Assembly: GCA_039811685.1 (NCBI GenBank)
Contig: JBDHZC010000002.1
Coordinates: forward strand, 448,001 to 512,000
Direction of reading: 5' to 3'
Source: Armatimonadota bacterium
GTDB lineage: Bacteria > Armatimonadota > UBA5829 > DSUL01
DNA: 64,000 bases
Positions 38,227 to 47,561 of the stretch are shown here, one piece after another. Position 1 is the stretch's first letter. Each line of letters opens with the position of its first letter. A program made the position numbers and the translations under genes. The notes beneath the pieces were generated by a model. That model was not told the origin of the DNA. It worked only from the letters and a program-made list of their open reading frames with translations, and made no database searches.

Positions 38227-38800
38227 GAAGCTGACGGAGCGGAGCCGGAGCCGAAGCTTCCTTCTCTAACACGGAGAGATCCGGATAAGAAGAGGAGAGA
38301 ATGCTTGAGGATATCTTCCGGCGAGCTACCCGGATTGGATGGTCAAAGGGGATAGACCCGGGGCGTTCAGGCTGCAGGCTCACTAGCGGTCTTCAATAGG
38401 GAAGCCGCGGAGGTGGAGTCTGGCAATCGGCAACGGACGCGCAGACCGGAGCAGGTCTTCCCAAATGTCACGCTGCATATAGCGAAAAGACTCTTACGAT
38501 CCGGGGTCAGCGAGGGAGCGCCAGGCATCCAAGCGCCTTACGCAACCTGTAAGCGCAAAGATGCGTACGCCGGGACGGACCACAATCCGAACCCCGTAGA
38601 ATATAAGGAGTGACCACCTATGCGACCTGTTGTAGGCTGGCCAGACAGATTTCTGTTCATTTGAACATGGTGGGGCGGCCGTGGCTGCTCCACCGTATGA
38701 CGGACAAGCGCCAGCCTCGGCGCTTGAGTCCGTTCACTGATTGTAAAGATGATATACGGCCGGAGAACGCGCCTGAGAAGGCTTCTCCGGCCGCTTTCGT
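38227..38800 (+). ncRNA. Candidate large structured non-coding RNA (~570 nt), family not recognised
   Basis: Promoter- and terminator-bounded; more than 10 hairpins, nested stems, GNRA loop; G-U pairs favour the plus strand; no convincing long ORF. Confidence 0.6.
38757..38800 (+). terminator. Terminator-like hairpin closing the candidate ncRNA
   Basis: CGGCCGGAGAA...TTCTCCGGCCG (11 bp) followed by CTTTCGT (short U-tract). Confidence 0.6.
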
Positions 38801-38885
38801 GTACGCACCTTGCGCGGGAATGTCGCAGGAACTCTCCTGCCTTCCAGACAAGAGGCTCTTGCCGAATCCTCGGATGAGCCATTGA

Positions 38886-40364
38886 ATGAACACACCCGCT
38901 ACCACAAAGCCTGACTACCGCGCTCGTGTGCTCCTGCTTGTTGGGGTCTCTGCGGCTGCGCGCATGATTATGGCGGCGCATCTGCCGCTCGGCGATGATG
39001 AGGCGTTTTACTGGCTGTGGGCGCAACACCCGGCTGCGTGCTATTTCGATCACCCCGGAATGATTGCGTGGCTTGTGCGCCTGTCCTGCGAAGTCTTTGG
39101 AGACACAGCCCTTGCCGTGCGCCTGCCGGCTATTGTGGCTGGCGGCATTTCAACGTGGCTGATGTTTCTCCTCGGCCGGCGTCTCTTCAGTGATCTGACA
39201 GGCTGGTGGGCGGCGATCGGTTTCACCGTGATTCCGATCTATGCGCTGGGCTCGGTGCTGGTGGCCTGTGACGCGCCGATGGGCGTTTTCTGGCTTCTCG
39301 CGACTCTGGCGGTCGCGGAAACGTGTCTGTTCGGAAGGCGCGCGTGGTGGTACGTGGCGGGGTTGTGTGTGGGACTGGCGCTTGACTCCAAGTACGTCGC
39401 TGTGCTCTTGCCGTCGTCAATGCTTGCGTTTCTTCTCACTGGACGCACCGCGCGTCAGGAACTCCGGCGCAAGGAGATCTACATTGCGCTTGGGATCGCG
39501 GCGCTGGTTTTTTCTCCGGTATTTCTCTGGAACGCCGAGCATCACTGGGCAAGCTTTGTCTTTAATCTGACGGGGCGTCACGGCTCAGGGCGCCTGCGTC
39601 TGGTCAGCTTTGCGGAAATGCTGGGGTCTCAGATGTTGGCGCTATCTCCACTCGTGCTGTTCAGCCTTGTGGCGGCATTGGCGCGAAGCGCAAGAATGCG
39701 GCGCGGCAACGCGCGTTTTCGCCTGCTGTTCTGGTGCTCAGTGGTGACGCTGGCGCTGTTCTGGGGTAGCAGTATAGTCGTGCGGATGAAGCCGCACTGG
39801 CCAGCGCCGGGCTACCTGACGCTGATTGTCGCCGCGTGCGCTCTGGGGGCGGGAGTTGGTGGACGCAAGGCGCAGCAGGCGTGGCTCTGGTCAACCCTTG
39901 CGGTAGCCCTGCTCTTCACCACGCTGCTGCATGTGCAGGCGTTCTACCGCGTTTTGCCGCTTGGCGCAAAGGACGATAACACGAACGATCTGTACGGATG
40001 GGACAGGGTCACCCCAGTGGTGCGGCGGGAAATGGAGACTATCCAGCGAGAGACCGGACGGCCAGCTTACCTGTTTGCCGACAGATACCAGTTTGCCGCG
40101 CAGCTTGCATGGAATCTGAAAGCTCCCTACAAAGCGTTCTCTCTCGACCCGCAACTTGACCAGTTTGATTTCTGGATCAAGTCCAAGCAGCTCTTAGGGT
40201 CAAGCGGCGTCTTTGTGCGGGAAGACCGCCGGGAGGCCAAACCTGAGGCCACCGCGGCCTTCGCCTCCGTCCGGGAGATCGCCCGAGTTCCGGTTTACAG
40301 GCAGGGCAAACAGGTTCGCGAGTTTCAAATCTTGCGTGTCAATGACCTGAGGAAGATACCGTGA
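38886..40364 (+). CDS. GT39/ArnT-like polytopic membrane glycosyltransferase (GT-C)
   Basis: DDEAFYWLW, YFDHPGM, AVRLP, GLALDSKY, SPVFLWN, KPHW; many TM helices. Confidence 0.88.
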   Translation: MNTPATTKPDYRARVLLLVGVSAAARMIMAAHLPLGDDEAFYWLWAQHPAACYFDHPGMIAWLVRLSCEVFGDTALAVRLPAIVAGGISTWLMFLLGRRLFSDLTGWWAAIGFTVIPIYALGSVLVACDAPMGVFWLLATLAVAETCLFGRRAWWYVAGLCVGLALDSKYVAVLLPSSMLAFLLTGRTARQELRRKEIYIALGIAALVFSPVFLWNAEHHWASFVFNLTGRHGSGRLRLVSFAEMLGSQMLALSPLVLFSLVAALARSARMRRGNARFRLLFWCSVVTLALFWGSSIVVRMKPHWPAPGYLTLIVAACALGAGVGGRKAQQAWLWSTLAVALLFTTLLHVQAFYRVLPLGAKDDNTNDLYGWDRVTPVVRREMETIQRETGRPAYLFADRYQFAAQLAWNLKAPYKAFSLDPQLDQFDFWIKSKQLLGSSGVFVREDRREAKPEATAAFASVREIARVPVYRQGKQVREFQILRVNDLRKIP

Positions 40365-41074
40365 AGGCAGTCATTCTGGCTGCGGGCCGCGGAACGCGCC
40401 TCGGCGCGCTGACGCAAGAGGTTCCAAAGCCAATGCTGGAAGTCGCCGGAAAGCCGCTGCTGTCCTGGATTCTGGAAGGTCTGCAGGCAGCGGGAGCAAC
40501 CGAGTGCTGGGCTGTTGTCGGCTACCTGGGGGAGCGCATACGGCGGTATTACGGCGACTCTCTGTCCTACATCCAGCAGACTGAGATTAGCGGAACAGGC
40601 GGGGCGCTGCAGCTTGCGGAGGAGCATGTTAACGAGCCGTTCATGGCCTGTTTCGCGGATATTCTGCTGCATCCTGTCTGGCACTACGCGCAGATGGCCC
40701 GGCTCTTCCAGACTGCGCAGCCTCAAGCCCTGCTGGCGGCAAACGCTGTTGAAGACCCGTGCGTCGGCGCGGCTGTGTACTTTGACCAGACACAGCGCAT
40801 CACGCAAATTGTTGAAAAGCCCGCTCCGGGAACTTCCTCCACCCGCTACAATCAGGCGGGTTGCTTTGTTTTCACACCCGATATCTTCCATGCCCTGCGC
40901 CAGATCCAGCCGAGTCCGCGCGGTGAGCTGGAGTTGACCGCAGCCCTCAACTATATGCTGTCCCAAAATCTGGAGTTGATGGCCTATCCACTGCCGGAAC
41001 AGGACTGGATTGACATCGGAACTCCTGATCTGCTGCAGAACGCGCGCCACAAACTGAGTGGAGAGCAGCATTGA
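40361..41074 (+). CDS. Sugar-1-phosphate nucleotidyltransferase
   Basis: KAVILAAGRGTRL..LT...PKPML, IVEKP, SPRGELELT, WIDIGT; 4-nt overlaps on both sides. Confidence 0.9.
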   Translation: MKAVILAAGRGTRLGALTQEVPKPMLEVAGKPLLSWILEGLQAAGATECWAVVGYLGERIRRYYGDSLSYIQQTEISGTGGALQLAEEHVNEPFMACFADILLHPVWHYAQMARLFQTAQPQALLAANAVEDPCVGAAVYFDQTQRITQIVEKPAPGTSSTRYNQAGCFVFTPDIFHALRQIQPSPRGELELTAALNYMLSQNLELMAYPLPEQDWIDIGTPDLLQNARHKLSGEQH

Positions 41075-42429
41075 ATGATCTGCCCGTTGTAGAAGCTATT
41101 CGCAGAAAAGCGGCGTCGCTCCCCTTGCCGGACGGATGGCGAATAGTCAGAGCGCCGGGGCGTGTGAATCTCATCGGCGAGCACACGGACTACAATGGCC
41201 TGCCGGTGATGCCGATGGCGCTTGACCGCGCTATCTATGCCGCTTTCAGAGCGCTGGACGAACCGGTCGTACGGCTTGTGAATACGGATGAGTCCCTTCC
41301 CCCACGTGAGTTTGGCATCTCGCAGTTCATTGAGCCCTATGCGCCCGGAGACTGGGGAAACTACGCGAAGGCAGCGGTGCAGGCTCTGGCGAGCCATCAC
41401 AGCAGCGCGCAGCGGGGATTTGAGGCAGTGGTTGGCGGCGACATTCCCGGAGGCGCGGGCCTGTCATCTTCCTCAGCGATGGTGGTGGCTATGGCGCTGG
41501 CGTTTGCGGAAGTCAACGATCTGGATGTCCGCCGGGCGACCCTGGCAGACCTTCTGGCGGAGGGAGAACGCTATGTCGGGACTCAGGGCGGAGGGATGGA
41601 TCAGACGATCTGTCTGCTGGCTGAAGCAGGCACAGCTCTTCAGATAGAGTTCCTGCCAACCCGCATCTTTCCGCACAAACTGCCTGCCGGCACGAGCGTA
41701 GTCATCGCCAACAGTCTTGTGAAAGCGGAGAAATCCGCTGATGCGCGCGCCAACTACAATCTGCGCCCTGCTGAGTGCCGCATGGCCTGCGCCGTTCTCT
41801 CCAAAGCTCTCCAGCGCAGCATTGCCAACCTGGCAGAGTTTCTGGAGCTGTTCGGCCCGGACGGCGCTTTGTCCAACGCCTTTGAGATACTCGGACTGGC
41901 CCCCTGGCCAGCACAGCGCCTGGCCCGCGAGATGGACATGTCCATAGACATCCTGCAGAGGACGCTGCTGACTCAGCGGGACGGAAGCGCGCTTGAGGAG
42001 CCGCCCTCGGGCTTTGCGCTTGGCAGGCGCGTCCGGCATGTTCTCACGGAAGCTGTGCGCGTGCGCGAGGCGGCGCAGGCTCTGGACTCCTCAGACGCCG
42101 CAGAGGCAGGCCGCTTGATGGGCCAGTCTCACGTCTCTTGCCGGGACGACTATCAGATATCCTGTCCCGAACTGGATGCTCTGGTGGACATTCTGGAGGA
42201 AAGCGGCGCGCTCGGGGCGCGGTTGACCGGCGCGGGCTTTGGTGGATGCGCCGTCGCGCTCGCGCGCTCATCACAGCTTTCAGAGATTTTGAAACAGGTG
42301 AGTGAGCGCTACTACTCTGGATGGCTCAAGCGCAACAGGCCGGACATCTTCGAACGCCTTCCTGCCAGAGTTGAGCAGTATCTTTTCGCTTCCGCCTCCG
42401 TAGACGGCGCCACAATATCCGCAATGTGA
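41071..42429 (+). CDS. galK: Galactokinase-family GHMP sugar kinase
   Basis: APGRVNLIGEHTDYN, GAGLSSSSA, GGMDQ, GARLTGAGFGGC. Confidence 0.88.
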   Translation: MNDLPVVEAIRRKAASLPLPDGWRIVRAPGRVNLIGEHTDYNGLPVMPMALDRAIYAAFRALDEPVVRLVNTDESLPPREFGISQFIEPYAPGDWGNYAKAAVQALASHHSSAQRGFEAVVGGDIPGGAGLSSSSAMVVAMALAFAEVNDLDVRRATLADLLAEGERYVGTQGGGMDQTICLLAEAGTALQIEFLPTRIFPHKLPAGTSVVIANSLVKAEKSADARANYNLRPAECRMACAVLSKALQRSIANLAEFLELFGPDGALSNAFEILGLAPWPAQRLAREMDMSIDILQRTLLTQRDGSALEEPPSGFALGRRVRHVLTEAVRVREAAQALDSSDAAEAGRLMGQSHVSCRDDYQISCPELDALVDILEESGALGARLTGAGFGGCAVALARSSQLSEILKQVSERYYSGWLKRNRPDIFERLPARVEQYLFASASVDGATISAM

Positions 42430-42468
42430 GAGAACGGTTAATGGACGCAGCGCCCGGAGCGATTGAGG

Positions 42469-45400
42469 CTACGGCCGGGCTTCTGCGTTCGTGTGCGCAG
42501 GAGCGAGAAGTTGCGCGATCGCCTGCCCCGCAGCGCCCGACTGGTCTTTAGGCGCAAGAGTGATCAATGAGAAGCTCAAAGCGGCTTCGGCTGGCAGGAT
42601 GAGAGTGTCCGTTGTGCTCTGCAACGAGCGACGCGCCAACGCCTGCCACTTCCCATCCTTCACCTGCCCTGCCCACGCTTCCGGGGAGTCCCCTGCAAAG
42701 CGATGAATGCTCACATCAGAGGTTCCCAGTGGGCTGATGGCAATCTGCTGGCTTTCAGTGAGCGGCCTGCCGTCCAGACTCACGTAGGCGCATGCGGCAG
42801 CGCAATTCGCCCACGCAGCGCCCTTCAGATCAATCGGGCCGGGCGCGATCAGGCTCACTACCGCATTTGACTTCTCGACCACGACCGCTTTCCCGCCCTC
42901 TCCCAGCGACAGCCTTGTGCCCCCGTCCAGCGTCACCTTCTGCGGTTTTCCGGTGCGGTTGTTCACAAATACATATCTATCCCCGTCGCCTGCGCCTGGC
43001 ACACTCATGACGATCAGACCGTTATCAGCGGGCTGGACGTCAAAGCGTTGAATCCCGGCCGCCTTTACCAGATTTGCGTAGATATCAAAAGGTGGATGGT
43101 CGATCTCCCATGCATACGGTGTAAAGAACGCCTGACCGGCGCCGGCGCTATAGTGCCACAGTTGCGCACTGCCGAGTTCACTGGCTCCTGCGGGCTTCAC
43201 CTGAATGGATGGCTTGAGGCCGTGATCATCCTTTTGCGCCTGCAGAGGTTCCTGAATCTGTGAGACAAACTCTACGCCAAAGAGGTTCTTCAGACGCTCG
43301 GGGTGAGAGCGTTTGCGGGACTCATCAAAGCTGACATCTCCGGAGGCGTACACAATGCCGCCGCGCTCAGCGAAGCCCTTCAGACGTGAATAACTCTCCT
43401 CAGACAGGCAGAACGCAGCCGGTAGAACCAGCAGCTTTGCGGAGTCAGGAAGATGAGAGAGTGAGCCGTCGTTGATCACTCCGAATGGGATGCGCTGAGC
43501 AATCATCGCGTCAATAGCGTTGTAAAGCGCGCCTGTCGCAACTTCCTGCCGCAAACCTATACGCACCTCATCGGGCGCAACGACAAACGCCTCCGGGCTT
43601 TCATAGCGCGGGACAAACCCCGCGCCTGCAAGAGCAAACGCCCGAAAAGCCCGCAGCGTGTCACGCGGAACTTCGTCATTCGGAGAGTTGATGCCCCACG
43701 GGAAAACATTGTCTGGCATCTCCTTCCAGCACCAGTTGAGCGCAAACATCCCGCCCAAACCCATTATGCTGGCCGGAGCTTCCAGATACCAGTCTGCATC
43801 TGGTGACTCCAGAGTCTGTCCCGCAATGCGCGCGTTGTGATCCGCGAGGCTGCCAAACTCTCCCAGTGACAGCCCCTTGCCCTCAAAGCGCCTGTCTATG
43901 ACCTTGATTTCGTGCGCCAGCGCGCTCTTGTCCCCGTAGTAGTGCTTGTCAGAGAAGTCAACGTGCTGATTTCCCAGCAGTTGATCCGCTGCTCGCATGG
44001 ACTGCAGAAAGCCCACCGTTGCCAGTGCCGTAGTTTCAGCTTTAATGCCGCTGACGTTGGCCTCCATCCAGCGGTTGAACAACCAGACGCGGAACCTGTC
44101 CAGGTCCACCAACCGCACGTTCTGCCACTCCTGCGCCCCGGGATCCAGCGACACGCTTCCGAGCTTCTCACCTCTCAGATAGGGACCCCACGCTGAGGCC
44201 AGTGCCGTCTGCGTCCTGTATTTCTGTGTCAGGTAGCGGTTCCAGAGTTGCGTATCCGGCTGCTGGCGCTGAAGCTCTATGTGCGGTTCATTTTGCACGT
44301 CAAACATGACGTTGGGGCAGTCTTTGTAGCGGCCGGCGACGAGCCTCGCAAACTTCTCCTGCGCCTGCAACTCCTCATCTGTCAGACTGATGTCCATCCA
44401 GTCGTGCAACGTCAACAGCAGCGCCAGATTGTGTCGAGAGCAAAGCTGCACGAGCGCATCCAGCTTGCGCTGCGTTTCTTTCGGCAGTTTGGCAGACGGC
44501 AGATCCAGCGGACCGGCCGCCCGTTTGCCAGTTTCCTGCACGGCAAAAGGGCTGAAGTGCAACACGCGCACAATTTTCAGCCCGTGCGCTCGCATAGACT
44601 CCAGATCAGCATCCCAGACCAGCGGGTCCTCAAAGGCAGACGTGAAAATGGCGCCGGTCTGATTCGTCCCCACCCAGAAACCTGTGCGCCCACCAAAGCT
44701 GAGATAATTGTCCTTCATTGCCAGCGAAGGCCCCGACCGCCGCAGGGCCGGATCGTCCACGCAGAAGCCGGTTTCCATCGAGTCGTCGTGATCCTCAGTT
44801 GAAAGCTCGCAGATAACGCGGTAAAAGTTGTTGGACGATGTCGAAGGCAGATCCCAGACCTGTTGAACTCGCTCGTCGAAGCCAGGCGGCACTTCCTTTT
44901 CAACAGGATCCAGACTGGACACCGGAATCCCATCCCGCGTTACGATTTTGAACTGCACGCTCACCTGGACAGGCGCTTTTGTAAAGTTGGAACACACCAC
45001 GGACAGTGTCACAGGCTCAGAGGCCTGGTACAAAAACAGGTCTGTCTTGAGAGAGTGAAGATAGACCTTGTCGATAAGGCGGTCCACAATGTCCGCGAAG
45101 TCCACAGACAGTGCCCCCGCGCGAGAAAACAGGTCTGCATTGGTCACTCCGAAAGCTGCCCAACTTGACTGCTTCCACGGCCCCGCATAGTTGTGAACGA
45201 TCTCCCCCAGCGCCCCGGTCCTTCGCCCGCTTGCGTCGTACCCCATCAGCAAAGGCACGCGCCGCGCATAGTCCTGCGGGAACACCGGGTCGTTTGACCC
45301 GAGCAGTGCAGACGCCGCCCAGCCTTCAAACGGACCATCAATGCGTACGTCCGGAATGAAGGACACGGCGGACTGGGCATAGGCCGTATTCTTCAGCGGA

Positions 45401-46533
45401 TTCATCGGGTCGAACAGCGGTATCTGGCCGGGCGAGGGCCCCTGACCATCTCCAGGGATACCGAAGCGATGGTTCAGCCCCGAGGCGACTTCGTTTCTGT
45501 CCACCTGTTCCACTGTGAGAGCCTGCTGCGCTGTCTGCCACGCGTCCCCGGCGCGGATGCTCGGCTTGTCGAAGGCGTAACCGCCCGTTGAAAACAGACT
45601 GCCACCCGCCGCAAGAAAAGCCTGGATAGCCTTACCTGCCCGCAACGGATAGTACGGCGACTGAGGCAATACGAGAAGATCGAAGTTGTTCGGAGAAAGA
45701 TAGCCCGGGCTCTCCAGCGCAGAGGCCGACAGCAGCGTCACGCCGTACCCAGCCCGGCGTGCCAGATCCGCAAGGTAGTCAGAGTCAGCGGCTGAAGGAG
45801 AGCCGGAGTTCTCCTCCTCGACGCGGTCCGGACGATCCGGAATCTCCGGCGCCACGCCTGTGCCCTTGTCCTGTCGTCGCTTGACGAAGTTCTCCGCAAG
45901 GATAGCAATCCTTCCACGCTCTCCTGCCTCCGGAGGCGGAGGTGGCAGTACAGCGGGAGTCGCTCCCGGCGTTTCACCAGACAGAGCGAACCGGATGTCT
46001 GTAAAGCTGATGTCCATATCCGCAAAGTCGCAGCCAATCAACATTTTGGTGACGCCAGCCATGTTGCGCTTGCCATCACCGCCAGGTTCGTAGCGAAACT
46101 GCCCGGCTGGAGCCTCGGCGTTCTGCCACCCGTCTGAGGCTTCGCCCAGAGGCTTGCCGTCTATCAGCACCTGCTGAACCCAGCGGTCACCATCAGGCTC
46201 TACCAGCCAGATGAAGAGTTGCGCGGCTTTGCCCGCGGAGTGTTTGTAAAATCGCAGGCTCACGGCGCGGGTTGTTGCGGGAATTGTAACGTCGCGCTCA
46301 AGAGTCCCCCAGTGCGGCGGGGCGTCGCGGTACACAACACGCATAGCGGGAGACCCTGTTATCTGAATAGAGCTTTCCGGCGCTACTGTCGGTGCGTTTC
46401 CGCTACCGGCGCCAGTTTTCCACTGGTCAACGGCCAGCGCAAGATTTTCAGTGGGAGTGGGCGATGCGCCCCAGACAGCTCCGCTGGTGAAGAGCAGAAC
46501 AAGGGCGGCTGCGCCTATGGTCTGAATCCTCAA
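42469..46533 (-). CDS. Large secreted glycoside hydrolase-like protein (CBM-like N-terminus, GH-A clan barrel, trimerisation-like domain)
   Basis: Signal peptide; DVQNEP acid/base-like and LGEFG nucleophile-like motifs; TTG 46533 after GGAGGA. Confidence 0.75.
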   Translation of the reverse strand: MRIQTIGAAALVLLFTSGAVWGASPTPTENLALAVDQWKTGAGSGNAPTVAPESSIQITGSPAMRVVYRDAPPHWGTLERDVTIPATTRAVSLRFYKHSAGKAAQLFIWLVEPDGDRWVQQVLIDGKPLGEASDGWQNAEAPAGQFRYEPGGDGKRNMAGVTKMLIGCDFADMDISFTDIRFALSGETPGATPAVLPPPPPEAGERGRIAILAENFVKRRQDKGTGVAPEIPDRPDRVEEENSGSPSAADSDYLADLARRAGYGVTLLSASALESPGYLSPNNFDLLVLPQSPYYPLRAGKAIQAFLAAGGSLFSTGGYAFDKPSIRAGDAWQTAQQALTVEQVDRNEVASGLNHRFGIPGDGQGPSPGQIPLFDPMNPLKNTAYAQSAVSFIPDVRIDGPFEGWAASALLGSNDPVFPQDYARRVPLLMGYDASGRRTGALGEIVHNYAGPWKQSSWAAFGVTNADLFSRAGALSVDFADIVDRLIDKVYLHSLKTDLFLYQASEPVTLSVVCSNFTKAPVQVSVQFKIVTRDGIPVSSLDPVEKEVPPGFDERVQQVWDLPSTSSNNFYRVICELSTEDHDDSMETGFCVDDPALRRSGPSLAMKDNYLSFGGRTGFWVGTNQTGAIFTSAFEDPLVWDADLESMRAHGLKIVRVLHFSPFAVQETGKRAAGPLDLPSAKLPKETQRKLDALVQLCSRHNLALLLTLHDWMDISLTDEELQAQEKFARLVAGRYKDCPNVMFDVQNEPHIELQRQQPDTQLWNRYLTQKYRTQTALASAWGPYLRGEKLGSVSLDPGAQEWQNVRLVDLDRFRVWLFNRWMEANVSGIKAETTALATVGFLQSMRAADQLLGNQHVDFSDKHYYGDKSALAHEIKVIDRRFEGKGLSLGEFGSLADHNARIAGQTLESPDADWYLEAPASIMGLGGMFALNWCWKEMPDNVFPWGINSPNDEVPRDTLRAFRAFALAGAGFVPRYESPEAFVVAPDEVRIGLRQEVATGALYNAIDAMIAQRIPFGVINDGSLSHLPDSAKLLVLPAAFCLSEESYSRLKGFAERGGIVYASGDVSFDESRKRSHPERLKNLFGVEFVSQIQEPLQAQKDDHGLKPSIQVKPAGASELGSAQLWHYSAGAGQAFFTPYAWEIDHPPFDIYANLVKAAGIQRFDVQPADNGLIVMSVPGAGDGDRYVFVNNRTGKPQKVTLDGGTRLSLGEGGKAVVVEKSNAVVSLIAPGPIDLKGAAWANCAAACAYVSLDGRPLTESQQIAISPLGTSDVSIHRFAGDSPEAWAGQVKDGKWQALARRSLQSTTDTLILPAEAALSFSLITLAPKDQSGAAGQAIAQLLAPAHTNAEARP

Positions 46534-46876
46534 CTTTGTCCTCCCCTCGATTTTTCCTGATGCAACTGCGACTGGTAGAGCTGAAGGCTTCTGGTACACC
46601 TATTGTAGCTGGTAACAGACGGCTCTGCTAAGCCCCCGCTCATCCATCCGCAGCCGCCCGCAGGAGGCACGATGCGAGAGCTTCACACAGCTTTTCTCAA
46701 ACTGCCTGCTTCGGGCGATTTCCGCTTGTAAACTCCTGCCAGACCTGAAACCAGATGCCTGTGAAATGCTGGATATTCCAACAAAATGGGTAACTAGTAA
46801 CTGGGACAAGACAGGTCCGGCCTCGCCCGGCTGCAAAGCCGGCAGGGCAATATCGACTGTGTGAGGAGTGACTCCT

Positions 46877-47446
46877 ATGGCAGATACAAAAACCAACGTG
46901 CCCGCACATCGGGAGCGGGACCTTGACATTTTCCAGGAAGACGACTTCTTCCCGATAGGTTCGCTCTTTGGCGGATCGCCGTGGCAAAGCCTCCGGCGCA
47001 TCCACGACGAAATGGATGCCGTTTTTGGGCGCTTGCTCGGATCTGGCTTCCGGGGACCAACGATCCAGGCATGGGAGCCGTCAACCGACATAAGTGAAGA
47101 CAAAAGCGGCTGGCGTATCGAAGTGGACCTACCCGGCGTCAAGAAGGACGACATTGACGTCCATGTAGATCAGCGCCAGCTCAGCATTCGCGCCGAAATG
47201 CGCCAGGAGACTGAGACTGGGGACAAAAAGGACGACGAACACGGACGTCAATACCATCGTCGCGAGCGCCGGTACGGTCATTTTGAGCGCACGATGACGC
47301 TGCCGGACAACGTCAAAGAAGAAGACATCAAGTGCGACTTCAAAGACGGAGTTCTGAGTGTTTGCATCCCGAAGGCCCAGACGCAGGAGCCAGGCGGACG
47401 CAAGATTCCCGTGTCATCAGAGCCATCCACCAACGGGCACAATTAA
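46877..47446 (+). CDS. Hsp20 / alpha-crystallin small heat-shock protein
   Basis: DLPGVKKDDI, RRERRYGHFER..TLP, FKDGVL.V.IPK, C-terminal IPV. Confidence 0.94.
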   Translation: MADTKTNVPAHRERDLDIFQEDDFFPIGSLFGGSPWQSLRRIHDEMDAVFGRLLGSGFRGPTIQAWEPSTDISEDKSGWRIEVDLPGVKKDDIDVHVDQRQLSIRAEMRQETETGDKKDDEHGRQYHRRERRYGHFERTMTLPDNVKEEDIKCDFKDGVLSVCIPKAQTQEPGGRKIPVSSEPSTNGHN

Positions 47447-47497
47447 CAGATAGAGACGTGAGTCGCCGTTAGAGTTCCGGCTACTCTGGACACGCTT

Positions 47498-47540
47498 CAG
47501 CCTCGGAGCCCCCAACCGGTTCCGGGGCTGATTTCATTGT
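47498..47540 (+). terminator. Terminator after hsp20
   Basis: TCAGCCTCGGAGCC...GGTTCCGGGGCTGA followed by TTTCATTGT. Confidence 0.65.
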
Positions 47541-47561
47541 ACTGTTTTTTCACACTACACA

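Noticed and set aside
38227..38240. 5' GAAGCTGAC identical to the start of E. coli RNase P RNA
   Set aside because: No GAGGAAAGTCC or 3' AACCCGGCTTA-type P4 elements seen on either strand
38385..38415. AATAGGGAA resembling a cobalamin riboswitch
   Set aside because: The following GGTG.AA.TCC, GCCACTG and AG.CAG.AGACC elements are absent
38668..38695. Minus-strand ...CCCCACCA resembling a tRNA/tmRNA 3' end
   Set aside because: No TTCGA T-loop or cloverleaf; it is one arm of a plus-strand hairpin
38110..38885. Track ORFs 38110-38355, 38413-38613 and 38610-38885 as proteins
   Set aside because: No recognisable motifs and atypical composition; the first spans the promoter and the last spans the terminator hairpin
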